DNA from: a virus
Taxonomy: Duplodnaviria > Caudoviricetes
Virus record (IMG/VR): IMGVR_UViG_3300028920_000008
Coordinates: 1-50,071 of that record
Strand: one strand, 5' to 3'
DNA length: 50,071 nucleotides
The notes under the pieces were generated by a model. The model was not told the DNA's origin and made no database searches. It saw only the letters and a list, made by a program, of their open reading frames with translations. The stretch's first letter is position 1; every line of letters begins with the position of its first letter. Below, piece by piece: positions 47,920 through 50,071 of this stretch. The position numbers were made by a program, and so were the translations under genes.

Positions 47920-48835
47920 ATCTTATCGTTCTTCCGATAATCTCGTTTCCAACAACCTCAACCCAATCGCCGTCAGCCGCAACAGAATCAAAAGCACGAT
48001 CCGCAAACTTGTTTCTATCGTAATCATGCTTCATTGACCCGGCGCTTGAAACAGGAGAAATACCAGCACCGATCTTGCCTTGTATGTCCTCTACAAGCTC
48101 TTTTGCGCGGGCCGTAAGGAACGACGTATAAGATTCGGCCTGCCCGTCTTTGGCGGCGGCTAGTGCCTCGTTTTTGAGAATATTTGACGCGGCAATTCTG
48201 GCTATGTCGTATTGATTGTTTACGAACATAGATGAGTCAACAAGGAATATCTTTGCTATTGTGTCTTTGATTTTATAATCAGAGTTTGCAGGAATAGTCC
48301 ACTTAATTGAAAACGTACGAGAAACTATCATGCTCGTGTCAAACATGACGCCATTCTCAATTGGATTTATTCTACTATCATCAACAAGGAATGTGCCACG
48401 CAGAGATGTGCCGTTTTCAACGTCCTTGTCAAAGGAAATATCTATGGTTGGCTCAAGCGATGACCCTTCAAGATTCCAGTAAATTGCAACAAGCGCAACT
48501 TGCTTGTCTACAACATATCTTGCGATTGTCTCTACTTTTGCCTCTTGTGTTGTGTCAACCGCTTCAAGCTGAAAGTCCATCTTTACATTAGAATCGTTTT
48601 CATATATTCCGCTATCTATGACGGTTGGATCACTTGCGCTCATCGGCCTGAATGCATACTTCATAAGCCTTGTTGACATAATCCCCTTCACATCATTTAT
48701 TGATATGATCGCATTTTTTAGATGTGAAAGAATGTCCGTCCTGGAATACTTGCTCTTGTCGAACACGTCAGCGATCAATATTTTTGTCTCGCTAACGCAC
48801 TCCTCGAACATCGAAAATCTTCCGGCTACTGGCAT
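47909..48835 (-). CDS. Putative head-tail adaptor
   Basis: Helical N- and C-termini around a beta insert; downstream of the capsid gene. Confidence 0.5.
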   Translation of the reverse strand: MPVAGRFSMFEECVSETKILIADVFDKSKYSRTDILSHLKNAIISINDVKGIMSTRLMKYAFRPMSASDPTVIDSGIYENDSNVKMDFQLEAVDTTQEAKVETIARYVVDKQVALVAIYWNLEGSSLEPTIDISFDKDVENGTSLRGTFLVDDSRINPIENGVMFDTSMIVSRTFSIKWTIPANSDYKIKDTIAKIFLVDSSMFVNNQYDIARIAASNILKNEALAAAKDGQAESYTSFLTARAKELVEDIQGKIGAGISPVSSAGSMKHDYDRNKFADRAFDSVAADGDWVEVVGNEIIGRTIRYVD

Positions 48836-48837
48836 TT

Positions 48838-49149
48838 TTATTCACCGTCCGAATCTTTTTCCTTTTCATCATCTTCAGATGATGTTTCGGGATCTTCTGG
48901 AGGAGGAGAAAGCTCTTTGGCCTCTTCTGCACCAAGACATCTTACCACAAGTCCGTAGTTTTGCACAAGAGATTTTTTTACCGCAGGCATGATTTCTGGA
49001 TCGCTAAGGCCGGTTACATCCAAAAAACTTTCTGGAAGCTTTACCCATTTTTGATACCTGAACCCAACACCGTGTAAAAGAAGTTTTTTATTCCCCCATC
49101 TTTTTGGTGTCTTTTTGCCAACCTGTCTTAGCATGGCATAAAATTCCAT
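48838..49149 (-). CDS. Hypothetical protein with acidic tail
   Basis: AAGGAG RBS. Confidence 0.6.
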   Translation of the reverse strand: MEFYAMLRQVGKKTPKRWGNKKLLLHGVGFRYQKWVKLPESFLDVTGLSDPEIMPAVKKSLVQNYGLVVRCLGAEEAKELSPPPEDPETSSEDDEKEKDSDGE

Positions 49150-49164
49150 TTCATCTCCTTGCTA

Positions 49165-49236
49165 TGCTGATGCGATGGGGGAGGGCGGCGGTTTGCCGAG
49201 GAGGATTGCACCCGGCCACCACCGCCCATCCCATCA
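49165..49236 (-). terminator. Long GC-rich hairpin after the capsid gene
   Basis: GATGGG..GGGCGGTGGT/ACCGCCGCCC..CCCATC; no clear U-tract, so may be a processing or stability element. Confidence 0.45.
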
Positions 49237-49245
49237 GATTAGGTT

Positions 49246-50071
49246 CTAGGTGTGGTCAACGCTCGTGTTGACAAGACCAAGAACAAGGTGATGCATATCA
49301 CCGGGGAATGAAGATCCGCGACTACCAACGGTGATAACGCGAGTCTCGTTCGGCCTGATGACGTCAGTGTTTGTTCCACCGACTCCGATATCGGCCTTGA
49401 CCTCCATGCCATCATCTACGCGCATGTAGGTTGGGCTGTAGATTCCCATATTCCAGAAACGATTGTAAGAACCAGCAAAAATCGGATAGACAGTGATCGG
49501 CGTCGCATCCGCTGTCTGTTTGGTTCCAAGAACATCCGTTTCGTACTCCCAGACATCAACCTTTTGGTTCGAGCCGCCAATGGAGATCTGTCCAAGATAT
49601 CCACTTTCTGACTGGAACGCCGGATTTCCTGTGGCCTGGGTCATGTCAAGGAATCTCGAATCGCGCTGGAAGAATTCAGTAACAATCGGAGGAGCCATGA
49701 TGAACTCCATTTTTGATCGATTGTTCTTCAGCATAGTACCGAGAGCAACGACAAACTCAAAGAGATCGTCGTTAGCCTCAGATCCTGCGCGAACCGTCGA
49801 GCTGTGGAATTTGAGATGGTTCGGGCTATCTGCTGCCTCATAGATGAGTCCGTAGTCACTCGAACCAGCCTTGAGATTGATGTACGAGATGAAATTCTTC
49901 GCATTTCCTGCGCCGGTCAAAATTGCACCAGCCTCAGAAAGTGGAACAAATTCTGAATCAGTCCACGCAGATCCACTCGTATCATATCGCCGCCATTTGG
50001 CGGTTGTCATCATGGAGTAAAGACCCTCTGCGATTGTGAAATCCCAAAGGAATGCCATCGCGTCTTTCATA
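49246..50071 (-). CDS. Major capsid protein, C-terminal part
   Basis: In frame with 1..927 through the 127-bp overlap. Confidence 0.85.
   Translation of the reverse strand, partial: MKDAMAFLWDFTIAEGLYSMMTTAKWRRYDTSGSAWTDSEFVPLSEAGAILTGAGNAKNFISYINLKAGSSDYGLIYEAADSPNHLKFHSSTVRAGSEANDDLFEFVVALGTMLKNNRSKMEFIMAPPIVTEFFQRDSRFLDMTQATGNPAFQSESGYLGQISIGGSNQKVDVWEYETDVLGTKQTADATPITVYPIFAGSYNRFWNMGIYSPTYMRVDDGMEVKADIGVGGTNTDVIRPNETRVITVGSRGSSFPGDMHHLVLGLVNTSVDHT
49945..50071. repeat. Terminal direct repeat, copy 2
   Basis: Identical to 1-127. Confidence 0.95.

Noticed and set aside
35145-48992. Numerous plus-strand ORFs over the tail and neck genes
   Set aside because: Antisense shadows of long minus-strand genes
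1-50071. Stop-codon reassignment
   Set aside because: Long genes are intact in the standard code, and TAA, TAG and TGA all end well-packed genes
1-50071. Archaeal virus (DinG/XPD, Cas4-like, Alba-like genes)
   Set aside because: NlpC/P60 endolysin, DnaG-type primase, sigma70 promoters, boxA and a XerCD-type dif point to a bacterial host

Overview
The window is a complete, circularly assembled genome of a tailed dsDNA bacteriophage, 49,944 bp long; bases 1-127 recur exactly at 49945-50071. The layout is siphovirus-like and the phage appears divergent. A minus-strand late block runs 9.8 kb->1 and wraps to 50.07->35.06 kb. It encodes a TerS candidate, a lysis cassette with an NlpC/P60 endolysin, TerL, portal, protease/scaffold, an HK97-fold capsid protein split across the contig ends, neck genes, a tail protein, a -1 frameshifted chaperone pair, tape measure and tail tip. 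A plus-strand early/replication block (10.7-35.07 kb) holds many small ORFs, RadC/JAB, an SSB-like protein, a degenerate Cas4-like nuclease, a DinG helicase, a primase-helicase, a probable origin, a DNA MTase, and MazG-like and RuvC-like genes. I recognised no integrase, DNA polymerase, tRNA or CRISPR array. The most notable structure is where the two blocks diverge. A near-canonical XerCD dif site (10167-10194) sits at the edge of a 1.7-2.7 kb segment stripped of GATC and GAG/CTC words. That segment carries one orphan gene with a sigma70 promoter, a boxA-like element and complementary UTRs, and is a candidate genome-entry/host-Xer recombination module. Other highlights are a CRP-box-containing inverted-repeat origin, an array of four modular paralogs, several structured intergenic RNAs and recurring regulatory motifs. 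All assignments come from reading motifs by eye; no searches were run.
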